A stretch of 64,000 bases of DNA from Candidatus Poribacteria bacterium (GCA_965198175.1 OZ240245.1:4032001-4096000), one strand, 5' to 3'. Shown: positions 39,559 to 50,959, counted from the first letter of the stretch. A program made the numbers and translations. Notes: generated by a model from the sequence alone, not told the origin.

Positions 39559-42500
39559 CTATCTCTCGCTTGCGAACGCACGATAATCCTCGGTGCGGAA
39601 GGTTGTCCACAGTTCGGTTGACAAATCGTAACGACAAACACCCGCGGAAAATGTACCGACCCAAACGTATTTGCCATCTAGGCTAATGCTGCGGATGTTG
39701 TTGTCGGACAAGCCATTGTCAATGTTGAATCCCTCCCACTGTTTTGCGGCTCGGTTGTATCGGCAGAGTCCTTTACCGGCAGTGCCGACCCAGACGTATT
39801 TATTGCCTGCGGTGATTGTACTGATGTCGTTGCCGATGAGTCCGTTGAGCACTGTGAACGTCTCCCATCGCCCTTGTGACACGTGATACCGGAATACGCC
39901 TTGTCTCGTGCCGACCCACATGTTTTCAGGGTCCGACGCCAGCGCAGTGATTTCGGAACTCTTCAGATATGGCGGAACTTCAAATTTGTGTGCCAACGTC
40001 ATTCGCCGAGAATCCGTTTTAAAGATTCTCAACCCGTTTTCCCGCCCGATCCAGAGTTGATTGTTTAGAAACGCCATCGCTGTGCAGCCGTAAATCCCCA
40101 AATCTTCGGGCGTAGTTTCTAAGCGTTCAGTCAATCCCGTACCGGTCCGTGTGTGTTCGACGATTTGACCATTCGTTATCAAAGTCCAAGACCTCGCTTT
40201 ATGGTCATAGATTGCAATTTGGTTGTCGCTGAGCACCCAAACCTTGCCCTCTTGATACTGAATATCTCGCACCCGCGGGAGCAGCGGGTGGATTTCCGTG
40301 GCTGCATCTGTGGCTTTATCGTAGACAATGACGCCCGCTTCTGTGCCAAGCCAGAGTTGACCGAAGACAGGGGCGATCGCACGAATGGTCAACACCGGCG
40401 GGAATTCAACATTAACCCTTATAAACGGCGATGGCACAGTTGGGTCACCCGGCTGCGGAGTCCTCTTCTCATTCCCCGGCACAAGCTGATGAATGGCTTC
40501 AATCGCCTTTTCGCGCGCGATTTCTGGACGATAATCGACGTAAACCTTCTGAGTTTCGGTAGGATTGCTAGCTTGCAGCGCGGATTCAATCGCTTGTTCC
40601 AAATTGATTCTATCATTCGGTTGAGTTGCTTGATCGGCTAAATTCGCAATACGCCATGTGTGCGAGATTTTGTCATATCTGGCTAAGCCGAGCCGCGTGC
40701 CCGCCCACAGATAATCGCCATCCGACGCAACGACTTTGATGTTGTTGCTGATTAGGTCAGACGCGGTTGATTCGATGTCTTCAATGGCTTCCGAATAGGT
40801 CGTCCAATCGCCCCGAATCCAGTGATGTCGGGCTAATCCGGCGTCCGTTCCGAACCAGATTTCATCGCCATCAATCGTGACAACCTCGACATTGTTGGAG
40901 GGAAGTCCCTGTGCCTCAGTGAAATCGCGGGACAGGTCAGTAATCTGATTGTAAAGCGTTATGCCTTCGGAGGTACCGATCCAGTGGTACTTCTCCTTTG
41001 AACCAATGCTCTTGGCGTCCTGGGCGGCGAGACCATCTGCCTGTGAATACGGTGTCAGGGATTCGACCTCTTTGTCGTACATTGTGATACCGCCCGGCGT
41101 TGCGAGGAAGATGTACTTTTCATCAACACCGATTGAGGTGACGATATTGTTGATTAACCCGTCGTCGGTAGTGTAGATTGCCCACCGATTCTCATCGTGT
41201 GTGTATTTCGCCGCCCCCCGATTTGTGCCGAACCAGATGTCAGCTCCATCAACCGCGACCGACCAAACAACACCATCGGGAAGACCGTCTGCTTTTGTCA
41301 GCGTTTGCCACATCCCCGCTTTGGTGTCGAAACGCGAAACGCCGCTCTGTGTCGCTATCCACACGTTGTTTCCATCTCGCGCGAGTGCGTTTACGCGATT
41401 ATCACACAGCCCATCGGCAGTGGTCAGGGATGTCCACCGGTCTAAGACCAAGTTATATCGGCTGACACCGCCGTATGTTCCGCACCACAATTCATTTCCC
41501 ACCAACAGCAAGCTCGACACGTAATTGTGCCGAAGGCCATCGCGGGTTGTATAGTTGAGCCAAGTATCCGTCGTTTTATCGTATCGGCTGATTCCCCGCG
41601 GCGTGCCGAAGAAAGCGTAATCTTCGTTGATGACGATGGCGCGAATATCTTTGGCGACAAGGACTTCTGTGCGAGCGCGCTCGCGGCTTGGCGCGTATGC
41701 CCACCACGAATCGGTGCGCTTGTTGTAGCGGTAGATGCCGCCATCTGTCGCTACCCAGACGTATTCATACGACGGGTGAATATCGTGAATGCGTACATTT
41801 GAAAGACCCGGCGCATCATCGTCCGTAAATTTCCGCGTCTGCCCGGATGAGAAGTCGTATCGCCCCAAATTCCGCCAGCCGCCGCTCCAAAGTACCCCGT
41901 CGTCAAGCGCAACGACATCAATACTCGCATCGCCATCGATTTTCAACTTCTGCCACGTTTCACCATTTTCATCACCGCAGAGATGTACACCGGCTTCGGT
42001 CGCGACACAGATTATCCCGTCGGATTCGTCCAACGCCAGAATCGGCGTCCCTTCAAAGGCAGGAGTGGTGTGCCAATTCTGCGTCGATTTATCGTACCGA
42101 GATAGCCCATTCCCCGTACCGACCCAGAGGTGTTGCGAACCTGCGGCAAGGTCTGTAATTTCGTCATTCGACAGCCCAAACCGACTTGAGAACGCGGTCC
42201 AATCATGCGTCGTGTTGTCGTAGCGGTTCAAACCGCGTGCAGTGCCCACCCAAATCGACTTGCCATCAACTAGGATTTTCGTAATTTCATCGGCAACCAA
42301 GCCGCTTTTGGCTGCCCGAAAATAATTCCACGTTTTGTTCGATTTATCGAACCGCGAAATCCCTTGGTCACTACCAATCCATAGGTAGTTGCCCACAACA
42401 TCAAGACAGGTGAGCGTCCCCACGCCTAAGCCATCTTCGTTGGTGAAGATTCGCCACCGTTCGGTCCCTGGATTGAACTGACTCATTGCCTTCTGTGTCG

Positions 42501-43890
42501 CAAGCCAAACACCATCTGTGTCCTCACCAATCGCTAACACATACCCAGAGGGAAGGGTTTTCACCTCGCGGTACGTTCTCCACCGTGCAGAAACCGAGTG
42601 AAACTGTGAAAGCCCGTGTATAGTTCCAATCCAGATGGTGTTCCCCCTGACTGCAAGAGAATTAATCTCGTTTGATGCCAATCCCATGTCTTGATGGAAC
42701 CACTGCATAGTTCCGAGTTTCGTATCGAAGTTCAGGAGCCCGTTTCCCGTCGCCATCCAGACCCGGCCCGCTGAAATCGCGAGAGCTTCAATCTGATTCG
42801 GTATCAATGCCCGGGTATCACGATTCTGCACAGCGTTCGAAGGGACGAAAACCTCCCAGCCGAACGTTTTCCATGTGTCTACCTCTCGTTTGTTGAAAGC
42901 ACGCATGGCGCGTTCATACTCCATATCGGCAGCCCGCGCCTGAGCCCGCGTTGGATTCCGCACAACTTGACGGCTTCTAGCCCGCACAGAGGCAGCAAAA
43001 TGTTGCGGATCTTTCAGTTTGCTATAGGCTTTGTCCTCGTTGGCAAGGTCTGTGGGGTTCATGAATTTCTTGTTGATGGTGCGGACAAGCCCCGATTTCG
43101 TCGCAATATAGACGCTATCGCCGCTCTCCTCAATGTCCGTAATCGAATCGCCCAGAATGTCCATAATCGAATTGGGCATTTCCTCCCGGCTCGGGCGCGG
43201 GACCGAGCGATTGCCACCTCGGGTGCTCACCCAAAAGGCACTCTGTTTGGTGAAATACTCCCACTTGTCATGCTTGATGTTATACCGCGATAATCCGCTG
43301 GGCGTGCCGATCCACACGTACTTTGAATCGTGATGAATCGTCGTTACGGACGGGATTTTAATACCCATAAAGTCTGTGTAGGAACGCCACCGATTCTTCT
43401 TCAATTGAAACGTACTTGCACCCTTTTCAGTTCCCACCCAGATCCAGTCGCGGCGCGCCGAAATACATTGAATCTTGTTTGCAATCAGCCCGTCCTTGAC
43501 GGTATAGCTCCTCCATTCGTCACGGTTCATGTCAAGAACTGATAACCCAGAATCCGTCCCAAACCACACGCGCCCAGACGGTTTTCTCCCAAACACCCCC
43601 TGCTTCCACTCGATTGCGATGCAATTCACTTGATTGCTGATAAGCCCATCCTTCGTTGTGAAAAAAACCCACTTTTCCGCATCAAAATTGTACCGGCTGA
43701 CCCCAGCGCCGGTTGAGACCCACAGATAATCACTGCCAATCTCAACGCCGCGCACATCCTCGCCAATCAACACGTCACCAATTTCGTCTTCGTCCTCAAC
43801 GGCTTCTGCCCACGGCACACCGATGGCGAACAGAACACTCAACAAAATCGACATTGTGTATACACGTTTGACCACTCTTGGAAAAGTCAT
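39559..43890 (-). CDS. Giant exported multi-beta-propeller protein (Reg_prop-like repeats)
   Basis: More than 20 repeats of DGL..N.(I/V)..(I/L)..DG..(V/L)W.GT..G(L/V)SR(Y/F)D; signal peptide; GAGGAG RBS at ATG 43890; no kinase or output domain. Confidence 0.88.
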   Translation of the reverse strand: MTFPRVVKRVYTMSILLSVLFAIGVPWAEAVEDEDEIGDVLIGEDVRGVEIGSDYLWVSTGAGVSRYNFDAEKWVFFTTKDGLISNQVNCIAIEWKQGVFGRKPSGRVWFGTDSGLSVLDMNRDEWRSYTVKDGLIANKIQCISARRDWIWVGTEKGASTFQLKKNRWRSYTDFMGIKIPSVTTIHHDSKYVWIGTPSGLSRYNIKHDKWEYFTKQSAFWVSTRGGNRSVPRPSREEMPNSIMDILGDSITDIEESGDSVYIATKSGLVRTINKKFMNPTDLANEDKAYSKLKDPQHFAASVRARSRQVVRNPTRAQARAADMEYERAMRAFNKREVDTWKTFGWEVFVPSNAVQNRDTRALIPNQIEALAISAGRVWMATGNGLLNFDTKLGTMQWFHQDMGLASNEINSLAVRGNTIWIGTIHGLSQFHSVSARWRTYREVKTLPSGYVLAIGEDTDGVWLATQKAMSQFNPGTERWRIFTNEDGLGVGTLTCLDVVGNYLWIGSDQGISRFDKSNKTWNYFRAAKSGLVADEITKILVDGKSIWVGTARGLNRYDNTTHDWTAFSSRFGLSNDEITDLAAGSQHLWVGTGNGLSRYDKSTQNWHTTPAFEGTPILALDESDGIICVATEAGVHLCGDENGETWQKLKIDGDASIDVVALDDGVLWSGGWRNLGRYDFSSGQTRKFTDDDAPGLSNVRIHDIHPSYEYVWVATDGGIYRYNKRTDSWWAYAPSRERARTEVLVAKDIRAIVINEDYAFFGTPRGISRYDKTTDTWLNYTTRDGLRHNYVSSLLLVGNELWCGTYGGVSRYNLVLDRWTSLTTADGLCDNRVNALARDGNNVWIATQSGVSRFDTKAGMWQTLTKADGLPDGVVWSVAVDGADIWFGTNRGAAKYTHDENRWAIYTTDDGLINNIVTSIGVDEKYIFLATPGGITMYDKEVESLTPYSQADGLAAQDAKSIGSKEKYHWIGTSEGITLYNQITDLSRDFTEAQGLPSNNVEVVTIDGDEIWFGTDAGLARHHWIRGDWTTYSEAIEDIESTASDLISNNIKVVASDGDYLWAGTRLGLARYDKISHTWRIANLADQATQPNDRINLEQAIESALQASNPTETQKVYVDYRPEIAREKAIEAIHQLVPGNEKRTPQPGDPTVPSPFIRVNVEFPPVLTIRAIAPVFGQLWLGTEAGVIVYDKATDAATEIHPLLPRVRDIQYQEGKVWVLSDNQIAIYDHKARSWTLITNGQIVEHTRTGTGLTERLETTPEDLGIYGCTAMAFLNNQLWIGRENGLRIFKTDSRRMTLAHKFEVPPYLKSSEITALASDPENMWVGTRQGVFRYHVSQGRWETFTVLNGLIGNDISTITAGNKYVWVGTAGKGLCRYNRAAKQWEGFNIDNGLSDNNIRSISLDGKYVWVGTFSAGVCRYDLSTELWTTFRTEDYRAFASER

Positions 43891-44487
43891 GGCTGTCTCC
43901 TCTTTTCGGTTTTGGAAAGTATTCACATAATGGTAGATTAAGTCATTTACCGATAGTGGGAACATCTTCACATGCCTGTCAAACCAACACTACAACGGGG
44001 TCTAAATGCTACCCCTCTTTCGGTTAGCAAAATTAGACCTTAAATCTACCACAAGGCAATACCCTCCGGTTTTGGATGTTTGCTGGATGCTGAGCAATTG
44101 TGATGCCAATGTCATTCTGAAGGCTAACCGAAGCGATATTGAACATAGGATTCATGCAACCGGTGTGCAAAATCCAAGGGTGTGACCGTTCGACTCAACT
44201 CACCGAAGAACGGCTCATCAACAAAGTCTGAGAGCAACTACAAGGGAAGTCCCACCATATCGCCCCGGCGGAAATCTTCGCATCCCCCGAAATCAGGTCT
44301 TGTATTCAACTGCGTAAGCCCAACATGTTCGGTTGTTGTCGTGAACAGTTAGCTTAAATCATTGAGTCATTTTAAGTCGTTCCTGAAAAATAACATCGCG
44401 CTTTCTTTAATTAGAGCGGATTTAAGCGGAAACGTCAAGATAAAAGCAGGATTTCCCTGTCATCGTACGCGCGCACCGCTTTGCATA

Positions 44488-47400
44488 CTACATCCGTTTT
44501 TCGACAATGTAGTACAACACCGGTAGGACAAGCAGCGTCAAGAGGGTCGCAGTTATCATCCCGCCGCTGATGACAATTGCGAGCGGCTTCTGAAGTTCTG
44601 CGCCTGATCCGTGCGCAAGTGCGAGCGGCAACATCCCTAGCCCCGTGGTTAAGGCTGTCATCAACACTGGGCTAATGCGTTCCTCTGCACCCTTCAATAC
44701 GGCGTCGTAGAGCGACATCCCTTCTGCCCGCAGGGTGTTGATGTGCGTCACCAAGATAATGCCATTTCGCACTGCGATGCCGAACAGAAGAATGAAACCC
44801 ACCATAGACGGAATACTCAATACGCCGCCAGTGAGGAAAACACTGACGACACCACCGATTAACGCCAACGGAAGGTTCAGCATCACCAGCAATGAAAGCC
44901 GCATTGAACCCATCGCAAGATACAATAGAATACAGATGCCGACGAGGACAAAACCGGTTTGAACCAGAATCCGTTTTTGCGCTGCCTGTTGACTTTCGAA
45001 TTGCCCTCCGTAGGTGAGGAAATACGCCTCGGGCAGGTCAATGTGTTCGTTAATTTCCCGTTGAACTTGAGCAATAAAGTTACCGAGGTCGCGATTTTGT
45101 ACGTTACACTGAATCACTATCCGTCGAGAAACATTCTCGCGATTGATAGTATTTGGTCCAAACCCGTACCCAACATCGGCAACCTGTTTTAGCTGAACGT
45201 ATGTACCTGCAGGCGTTCTTAGCTTTAAGTCTCCGACAGATTCGAGGGTGGTGACAAGCGTCGGGTCAACCCGAATCACGAGTGCGTATTGCCGTTGCCC
45301 TTGAATGATCTGGCTCACCGCTTCGCCTTTGAACGCAGTCTCTGCGAAATGCGTTACGTCTTCAACTCGTAAGCCGTAGCGAGCCGCTTCACGCCGTTTG
45401 ACCTGAATCTGGATTTGCTCTACTTGTACCTGTTGCTCCACCCACAGATCCGCCACCCCGGGAATTTCCGCGATAACCGCCCGAATCTCCTCGGCTTTCT
45501 GCCTGAGTGTGTTGAGGTCTGGCCCAAACAGTTTCAATGCTACTTGTGCGTTCACGCCCGACAAGAGATGGTCAAGGCGATGTTGAATCGGTTGACCTAC
45601 GGACACTAGCACACCGGGAAACTTTTCCGCCGATAGCAGAGCGCGCACCTCGGTAAGGAGTTCCTCACGTGTTTTCTCTCGTTCATCGGGGGGAATGAGG
45701 TTCACCACAATCTCGTGGGTATCCACACTATGGGCGTGTTCATCAGTTTCTGCTCGCCCGGTGCGGCTGCTGACGCTTGTCACTTCTGAAAGCGTCAAAA
45801 TTTTGGTTTCCATTTCACGACCGATACGCGTGGATTCTCCCAACGAGGTTCCCGGTGGTGAGACGACAGCGATAGTAAAAGTGGCTTCGTCCATAACGGG
45901 CAGGAACTCGCGGCCCAAGCGGGGTATTGCCGCCAGTGTCAAGACTATCAGCAACATCGCCAACGCGACAACACCCCAACGTAGCCGCATGACCAAGGAG
46001 AGAATAGGACGATAAGCCCGTTTAATCCAAACAACCACAGGGCTCTCCTTCGTGCGTGGAACTCCCGATTGCGATTCATCTTTCGTGCGCCGGGTTCGGA
46101 AACGTGTCAACAGCAGGTCACTTAATACGGGGACCACCGTCAGCGCAACGAGTAGCGAGGCTGCCATTGAAATGACGACCGCCCATCCAAGCGGGCGAAA
46201 CATCCTGCCCTCCATACCGCTCAAGCTAAACAGCGGCACAAAAACGAGGATGATAATCAGCGTCGCGAAAACAATAGATGACCGAATCTCATCGCTTGCA
46301 CGTTTTACAACCTGCGTGGGTGTTTCGTCGGTTGCCTCGCCCCTAGCGTGACGCCGAAAATGTTCCTGCAATCGTCGGAAGATATTTTCGACGTAGACAA
46401 TCGCGTCATCAACCACCATACCAACGGCAATCGCCAAGCCCGCGAGCGTCATGATATTGAGTGTATCCCCCCGCGAAATCAGGACGATGACTGCCATAAT
46501 TAAGGAGAGTGGGATAGCAGTTAGTGTAATCAGTGCTGTGCGAATATTGAACAGGAAGATAATCAGAATCAGAACAACGAGAATTGCGCCGTCGCGCAGA
46601 GCATCTTTGACAGTATCCACGGCGCGCCGAATCAGATCGGCTTGTGCGTACTCGACTTTAACCTTGATACCTCTAGGCAGCGACTTTTCCAGCGATTTCA
46701 AGACGGAAACCACCTTGTCGCTGAGGCTGAGCGTATTAATCCCCGGTTGCTTAACTACCTTGCCTAAGACGGTTTCTTTACCATTGCGACTCCCTGCCCC
46801 GCGCCGTATTTCTGGCAGCTCCCCGATTTTCACCCTTCCGACATCTTTGACAAGTATCGGGGTGCTATGTCCCCGCACATCAATGACAACATTTTCGATG
46901 TCGGCAACTGTAGAAATCCGCCCCAACCCGCGAATCATTAACTCACGAGTGTCTTTGATAAGGAACCCGCCCGCAGAGTTTTCGTTGCTTTTCGCGAGCG
47001 CATCCGCAACATCTTCCAGCGAGAGGTGATAGTTTATCAACTGCTCAGGATTAACGAAGACCTGGTATTGCTTCACGTAGCCGCCGATGTTAATCACATT
47101 GGCGATGCCGCCCTGGGACTGGAGTTGATAGCGGATGACCCAATCTGCGAGATCTCGCATTTCCATCTCGTCAAATTTTCCGGTTTCATCAACAACCGCG
47201 TACTCTAGGATTTCGCCCAAAAGGGAGGAAGTCGGCAAGATAATCGGTGCATCCACACCGTGAGGCAGATTCGGGGAAACGAGTTGAAGTCGTTCAGAGA
47301 CCATTTGCCGCGCCAGAAAAATATCCATTCCCCAGTCGAATTCAACGAACACCAGCGACAAGCCGATGGCAGAGGAAGACCGAACCCGTGAAACATACGG

Positions 47401-47628
47401 CGTACCGTTCATCGCACTTTCGATAGGTAACGTGACTAGAGTTTCCATCTCTTCCGGGGACCAGCCGTGCGCCTCAGTTAAGATGGTAATGCGCGGTGGA
47501 TTGATGTCGGGATAGACATCAATCGGTGCCGAACCAAACATCCTGAATCCAATGATAACTATCACAATCGTAAACGCGATTGTCAGGAGCCTATTTTTGA
47601 GCGAAACCTCCGTGATTTTCGACCACAT
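44488..47628 (-). CDS. czcA: Heavy-metal efflux RND permease (CzcA/CusA family)
   Basis: PIDVYPDI, NIMTLAGLAIAVGMVVDDAIVYVENI, GIAVRNGI, ERISPVLMTAL; substrate not determinable. Confidence 0.92.
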   Translation of the reverse strand: MWSKITEVSLKNRLLTIAFTIVIVIIGFRMFGSAPIDVYPDINPPRITILTEAHGWSPEEMETLVTLPIESAMNGTPYVSRVRSSSAIGLSLVFVEFDWGMDIFLARQMVSERLQLVSPNLPHGVDAPIILPTSSLLGEILEYAVVDETGKFDEMEMRDLADWVIRYQLQSQGGIANVINIGGYVKQYQVFVNPEQLINYHLSLEDVADALAKSNENSAGGFLIKDTRELMIRGLGRISTVADIENVVIDVRGHSTPILVKDVGRVKIGELPEIRRGAGSRNGKETVLGKVVKQPGINTLSLSDKVVSVLKSLEKSLPRGIKVKVEYAQADLIRRAVDTVKDALRDGAILVVLILIIFLFNIRTALITLTAIPLSLIMAVIVLISRGDTLNIMTLAGLAIAVGMVVDDAIVYVENIFRRLQEHFRRHARGEATDETPTQVVKRASDEIRSSIVFATLIIILVFVPLFSLSGMEGRMFRPLGWAVVISMAASLLVALTVVPVLSDLLLTRFRTRRTKDESQSGVPRTKESPVVVWIKRAYRPILSLVMRLRWGVVALAMLLIVLTLAAIPRLGREFLPVMDEATFTIAVVSPPGTSLGESTRIGREMETKILTLSEVTSVSSRTGRAETDEHAHSVDTHEIVVNLIPPDEREKTREELLTEVRALLSAEKFPGVLVSVGQPIQHRLDHLLSGVNAQVALKLFGPDLNTLRQKAEEIRAVIAEIPGVADLWVEQQVQVEQIQIQVKRREAARYGLRVEDVTHFAETAFKGEAVSQIIQGQRQYALVIRVDPTLVTTLESVGDLKLRTPAGTYVQLKQVADVGYGFGPNTINRENVSRRIVIQCNVQNRDLGNFIAQVQREINEHIDLPEAYFLTYGGQFESQQAAQKRILVQTGFVLVGICILLYLAMGSMRLSLLVMLNLPLALIGGVVSVFLTGGVLSIPSMVGFILLFGIAVRNGIILVTHINTLRAEGMSLYDAVLKGAEERISPVLMTALTTGLGMLPLALAHGSGAELQKPLAIVISGGMITATLLTLLVLPVLYYIVEKRM

Positions 47629-47649
47629 TAATCTTCCTCCTTTGCGCAC

Positions 47650-49590
47650 TTAGTGAGAATGCCCCGCGTGCGCATGTTGCCCCTCGGCAACCTTCACGGT
47701 TGCCCGCAACAACTGGTGCTGCCCGTGAACCACCACACGCTCGCCCGGAGACAAACCGTCCCTAATTTCGATATACCGGTCATCGGCTGACCCCACCACA
47801 ATTTCACGCTTACTGTAGGCGGATCCGCGCTCAACAAAAACAAAACGGCTGCCTCCGTCTTCAAGCACTGCATTCAACGGAACACTCAATGCCTCCTCCA
47901 TTTTTTCAAGGACAATCGTCTGTTCCGCGAACATCCCCGGCTTGAGCTGATGAGCCGCATTGCCCACTTCTGCCCAAAAGTGAACGGTACGTTTATCGGG
48001 GTCCATTGCATCTGAAATGTGGGAGATTTTGCCGGTGAAAGTCGTTCCGGGATATGCCGTGACGCGAATGCGTACCTCACGGCCCACCTGGAATTTTTCC
48101 TGAATGAGTGCGAGCGTGTCTTCATAAGCCTCACCTTCAACCCAGACGACGTCAGTGTCCAGTATTGAGAAGAGTATATCGCGTTTTTCAACCGTGGTGC
48201 CGAGTGTCACATGCTGCTTAATGATTTGTCCGGAAGCTGGTGCCGTGACGTAGAATATTGGAGACGGCTGACCCGTCTGCGTAATCTTTTCAATGTCGGC
48301 GAGCGTGAGTCCAGACACTTGAAGTTTCTGCCGAATTTTGTTCAAGGTGATGACAGCACTGCGAAGCACCTCTTCTATTTGAAGCAGTCCCTCCAGTGCC
48401 TCCGAACTCTCGACGAAGGCAAGGTAAATCTCAATAAGTCCCTCGGCGGATAAATCGTTGAACGATACAATTGAACCGGTTTCTGCGAGGGTTTCGAGAA
48501 GTGTTTCACTTAAACCAGCAGCCAATGCGCGCTGTTTGTTTGCTGCAACCTTGATAGCCGCGATTTTGTACGCCGCTTTTGCATCAACCAGTTCCGCCCC
48601 TTCTTCAGTGAGCATTGCGTATTTTTCCAACAAGGTTCCGCTATTACTCTCCATTGTCGGATCTGAGTCTAATGTGTCTACACCTAGTAGCGAGAGGATT
48701 GGAGTTTCCCCACCATCGCGAAGGATTTTTGTCAGGATCTGTTCGCTGGCGCCGAGAATCTCGAATTGCCGCTTCGCATCTGCCATCTCACTTTTCCCTT
48801 TCCTGTATTCTGCCTGTTGAGCGATTACTTCCTTCTGCGCAGAAATGCGCTTTTCTGCGAGGGTTTCAGTCCTCTTGAGCGTAGCCCCTAACAATTGGAG
48901 TTCAACCTCGGCTTTGACCAATCTAAAGCGCATCTGCTCTAGTGCTGAGATGGTCTTCGTCACAGCAAGGGCTTTGCGTTTTTGAACCGCCATTTTCATC
49001 TGCTTCAACCCGGAAAGCGATTCCAAGTAGTCAATTTGCCGAGTTTGCAATTCGCGCCGAATCTGCTTGGCAAAAACTTGCGTCAATCTCTCTAGTTTGG
49101 CGACTAACGATTTCTGTTGAGCCACTGCTTCAATCAGTTCAATCTGTGCCATTTGCAAATCAAGACTCTCCAACTCAAGTAGGACATCGCCCTTTTTGAG
49201 TGAGTCGCCGAGACTGAAATGGATGTGCCTCACGATACCACCGATTCTTGGTGTGATAACGGTATGCCTGCCGGGGTGGGCGATTACATTTCCGGTAACT
49301 TGCACACCGCTCTCAATTGCGTGAACATCAGCCGCCACAGTTTTCAAACCGATGTTGGCTTTCGCTTTATCGGTGAGTATCACCGTGTTTTCTTGGCTGT
49401 GCTCATGACCTGCTTGTTCGCCGTGGGAGTGTCCATGATCTGTCGTGTCATGCGTGTGATTCGCACTTTCTTCATGCACACCCGCATCGTGTGCCCAAGT
49501 AAATGTCCGACTGACGTTTAGTGAAACCAAGCACCCTATCACGATACCAGAGATTGCCAAAAGTCGTGTGAGACGAAAGTAGCGTAGCAT
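47650..49590 (-). CDS. czcB: RND periplasmic adaptor (CzcB-like), unusually long, His-rich termini
   Basis: ITPRIGG..GDSLKKGDVL, APASGQI, LKPGMFA, VPLNAV, GLSPGERVVVHG; C-terminal HAHAGHSH. Confidence 0.88.
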   Translation of the reverse strand: MLRYFRLTRLLAISGIVIGCLVSLNVSRTFTWAHDAGVHEESANHTHDTTDHGHSHGEQAGHEHSQENTVILTDKAKANIGLKTVAADVHAIESGVQVTGNVIAHPGRHTVITPRIGGIVRHIHFSLGDSLKKGDVLLELESLDLQMAQIELIEAVAQQKSLVAKLERLTQVFAKQIRRELQTRQIDYLESLSGLKQMKMAVQKRKALAVTKTISALEQMRFRLVKAEVELQLLGATLKRTETLAEKRISAQKEVIAQQAEYRKGKSEMADAKRQFEILGASEQILTKILRDGGETPILSLLGVDTLDSDPTMESNSGTLLEKYAMLTEEGAELVDAKAAYKIAAIKVAANKQRALAAGLSETLLETLAETGSIVSFNDLSAEGLIEIYLAFVESSEALEGLLQIEEVLRSAVITLNKIRQKLQVSGLTLADIEKITQTGQPSPIFYVTAPASGQIIKQHVTLGTTVEKRDILFSILDTDVVWVEGEAYEDTLALIQEKFQVGREVRIRVTAYPGTTFTGKISHISDAMDPDKRTVHFWAEVGNAAHQLKPGMFAEQTIVLEKMEEALSVPLNAVLEDGGSRFVFVERGSAYSKREIVVGSADDRYIEIRDGLSPGERVVVHGQHQLLRATVKVAEGQHAHAGHSH

Positions 49591-49684
49591 TTTTGTTCCT
49601 CCTTTTGCTCCTTGTCCTGTTGCATTAACAATCTTTCAATATTGACTCACAAGATGAACAGCGGTCGGTACACTCCGTGTGCAG

Positions 49685-50959
49685 TCAACCTCCGCTTGGC
49701 TGCGGCAATAATTCTACGGATGTGCCGACGGCGGCTTCAAGTTCTGCCAGCGCCTTGTGGAACGTCGTGAGCGCGTCCAGATGCGCAAACCGTATCTTGA
49801 TAAACTCGTTCTGCATCAGAATAACCTCCAAAAGCCCCGCTTCCCCCAATTCGTAGGCAGTGCGCGTCAGTTTAAGGTTTTCATTCAGCAGCTTTACCAA
49901 ATCGCCTTCATAGAATTTGAGATTCTTTTGGGCGGTCGTCAAGGAAAGGAACGTCCCAATCACCTCCCGGACAACTTGTCGCTCCTTGTTGCTAATTACG
50001 AGGGCGTTAACCTGCTGTTCGGCTTTTGCAACATCAATCTCGGCGCGATTTCGGTCGAACACCGGCAATGGAAATGAAAACTTCACACCGAATGCCTTCT
50101 CATCTGAGCTGCGTTGGGCTATACCCGCAATACTCAGATCAGGGATGTTCGCAGCCCTTGCCAGCCGAAGCTCTCTGTCAGTCAACAGCGCGTTTAATCG
50201 AAGCGACTTCACGTCCGCACGATGAGCCAGCGCGTGCGTCGTCAAAGTGTCGAGCTTCAGATTCTGAAGCTGATTCAACGATATTTTCTCTGCAAAACCA
50301 CCGATGGCGATAGGTGTTGTTTCAAGCAGGGCACCCATCAGATTGTTGATTTCAAGTTGTGCTAGTTGCAATTCGCTATCTAATGTTGCTGCGTCGCGCA
50401 GCACTGATTGCAGTTGCACCCTCGCCAGATTAACATGCGTCACCGAAATATCGCCGGTTTCAAATTGAACCTGAGCGATGTTGCGCATCTGTTCGTAGTG
50501 CTGGATGATTTCTTCCGTGAGTTTAAGTTTCTCTTGGACAAGCACTAGATCATAGAAAGCGAGCTTCACCGACTTCGTAAGCAACCGAGACGCTTCAGTG
50601 AGCTCAACATTCACCTCTTCAAGCAGAATCTTCGCAATTCGTTTCCGATGCCCACGTTGTCCACCGAGTTGAAAAGATTTGGATAATTCGAGTCCCTGCT
50701 CACCATCAATCCCTCCAACAAACTCGGTTTCCAGTTCAGGGTTACCAAGTAACGCAATGCCGTCAATTCGGGCGCGGGCAACTTTGACTTTTTCGCGAAT
50801 CGCACTGAGCTCTGGGTTTTCGCGCAGCGCTGTCTGGATTGCAATCTCAAGCGAGATTTTGCACTCCGCCTGTGAAAACGCGGGCGGTATTTGCACGGTG
50901 CTTACTACGAATAGGTAAATGCCCACCATCACGAGAATGGGGTTGGATGTGGTTTTCAT
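49685..50959 (-). CDS. czcC: TolC-family outer membrane channel (CzcC-like)
   Basis: ISLEIAIQTALRENPEL, NPEL, PLPVFDRN, YELGE..LLEV; GGAGG RBS at ATG 50959. Confidence 0.88.
   Translation of the reverse strand: MKTTSNPILVMVGIYLFVVSTVQIPPAFSQAECKISLEIAIQTALRENPELSAIREKVKVARARIDGIALLGNPELETEFVGGIDGEQGLELSKSFQLGGQRGHRKRIAKILLEEVNVELTEASRLLTKSVKLAFYDLVLVQEKLKLTEEIIQHYEQMRNIAQVQFETGDISVTHVNLARVQLQSVLRDAATLDSELQLAQLEINNLMGALLETTPIAIGGFAEKISLNQLQNLKLDTLTTHALAHRADVKSLRLNALLTDRELRLARAANIPDLSIAGIAQRSSDEKAFGVKFSFPLPVFDRNRAEIDVAKAEQQVNALVISNKERQVVREVIGTFLSLTTAQKNLKFYEGDLVKLLNENLKLTRTAYELGEAGLLEVILMQNEFIKIRFAHLDALTTFHKALAELEAAVGTSVELLPQPSGG

Noticed and set aside
37533..41451. Possible DGR template/variable repeat pair
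   Set aside because: Mismatches are not adenine-specific, include an indel, lie mid-gene, and there is no reverse transcriptase in the window
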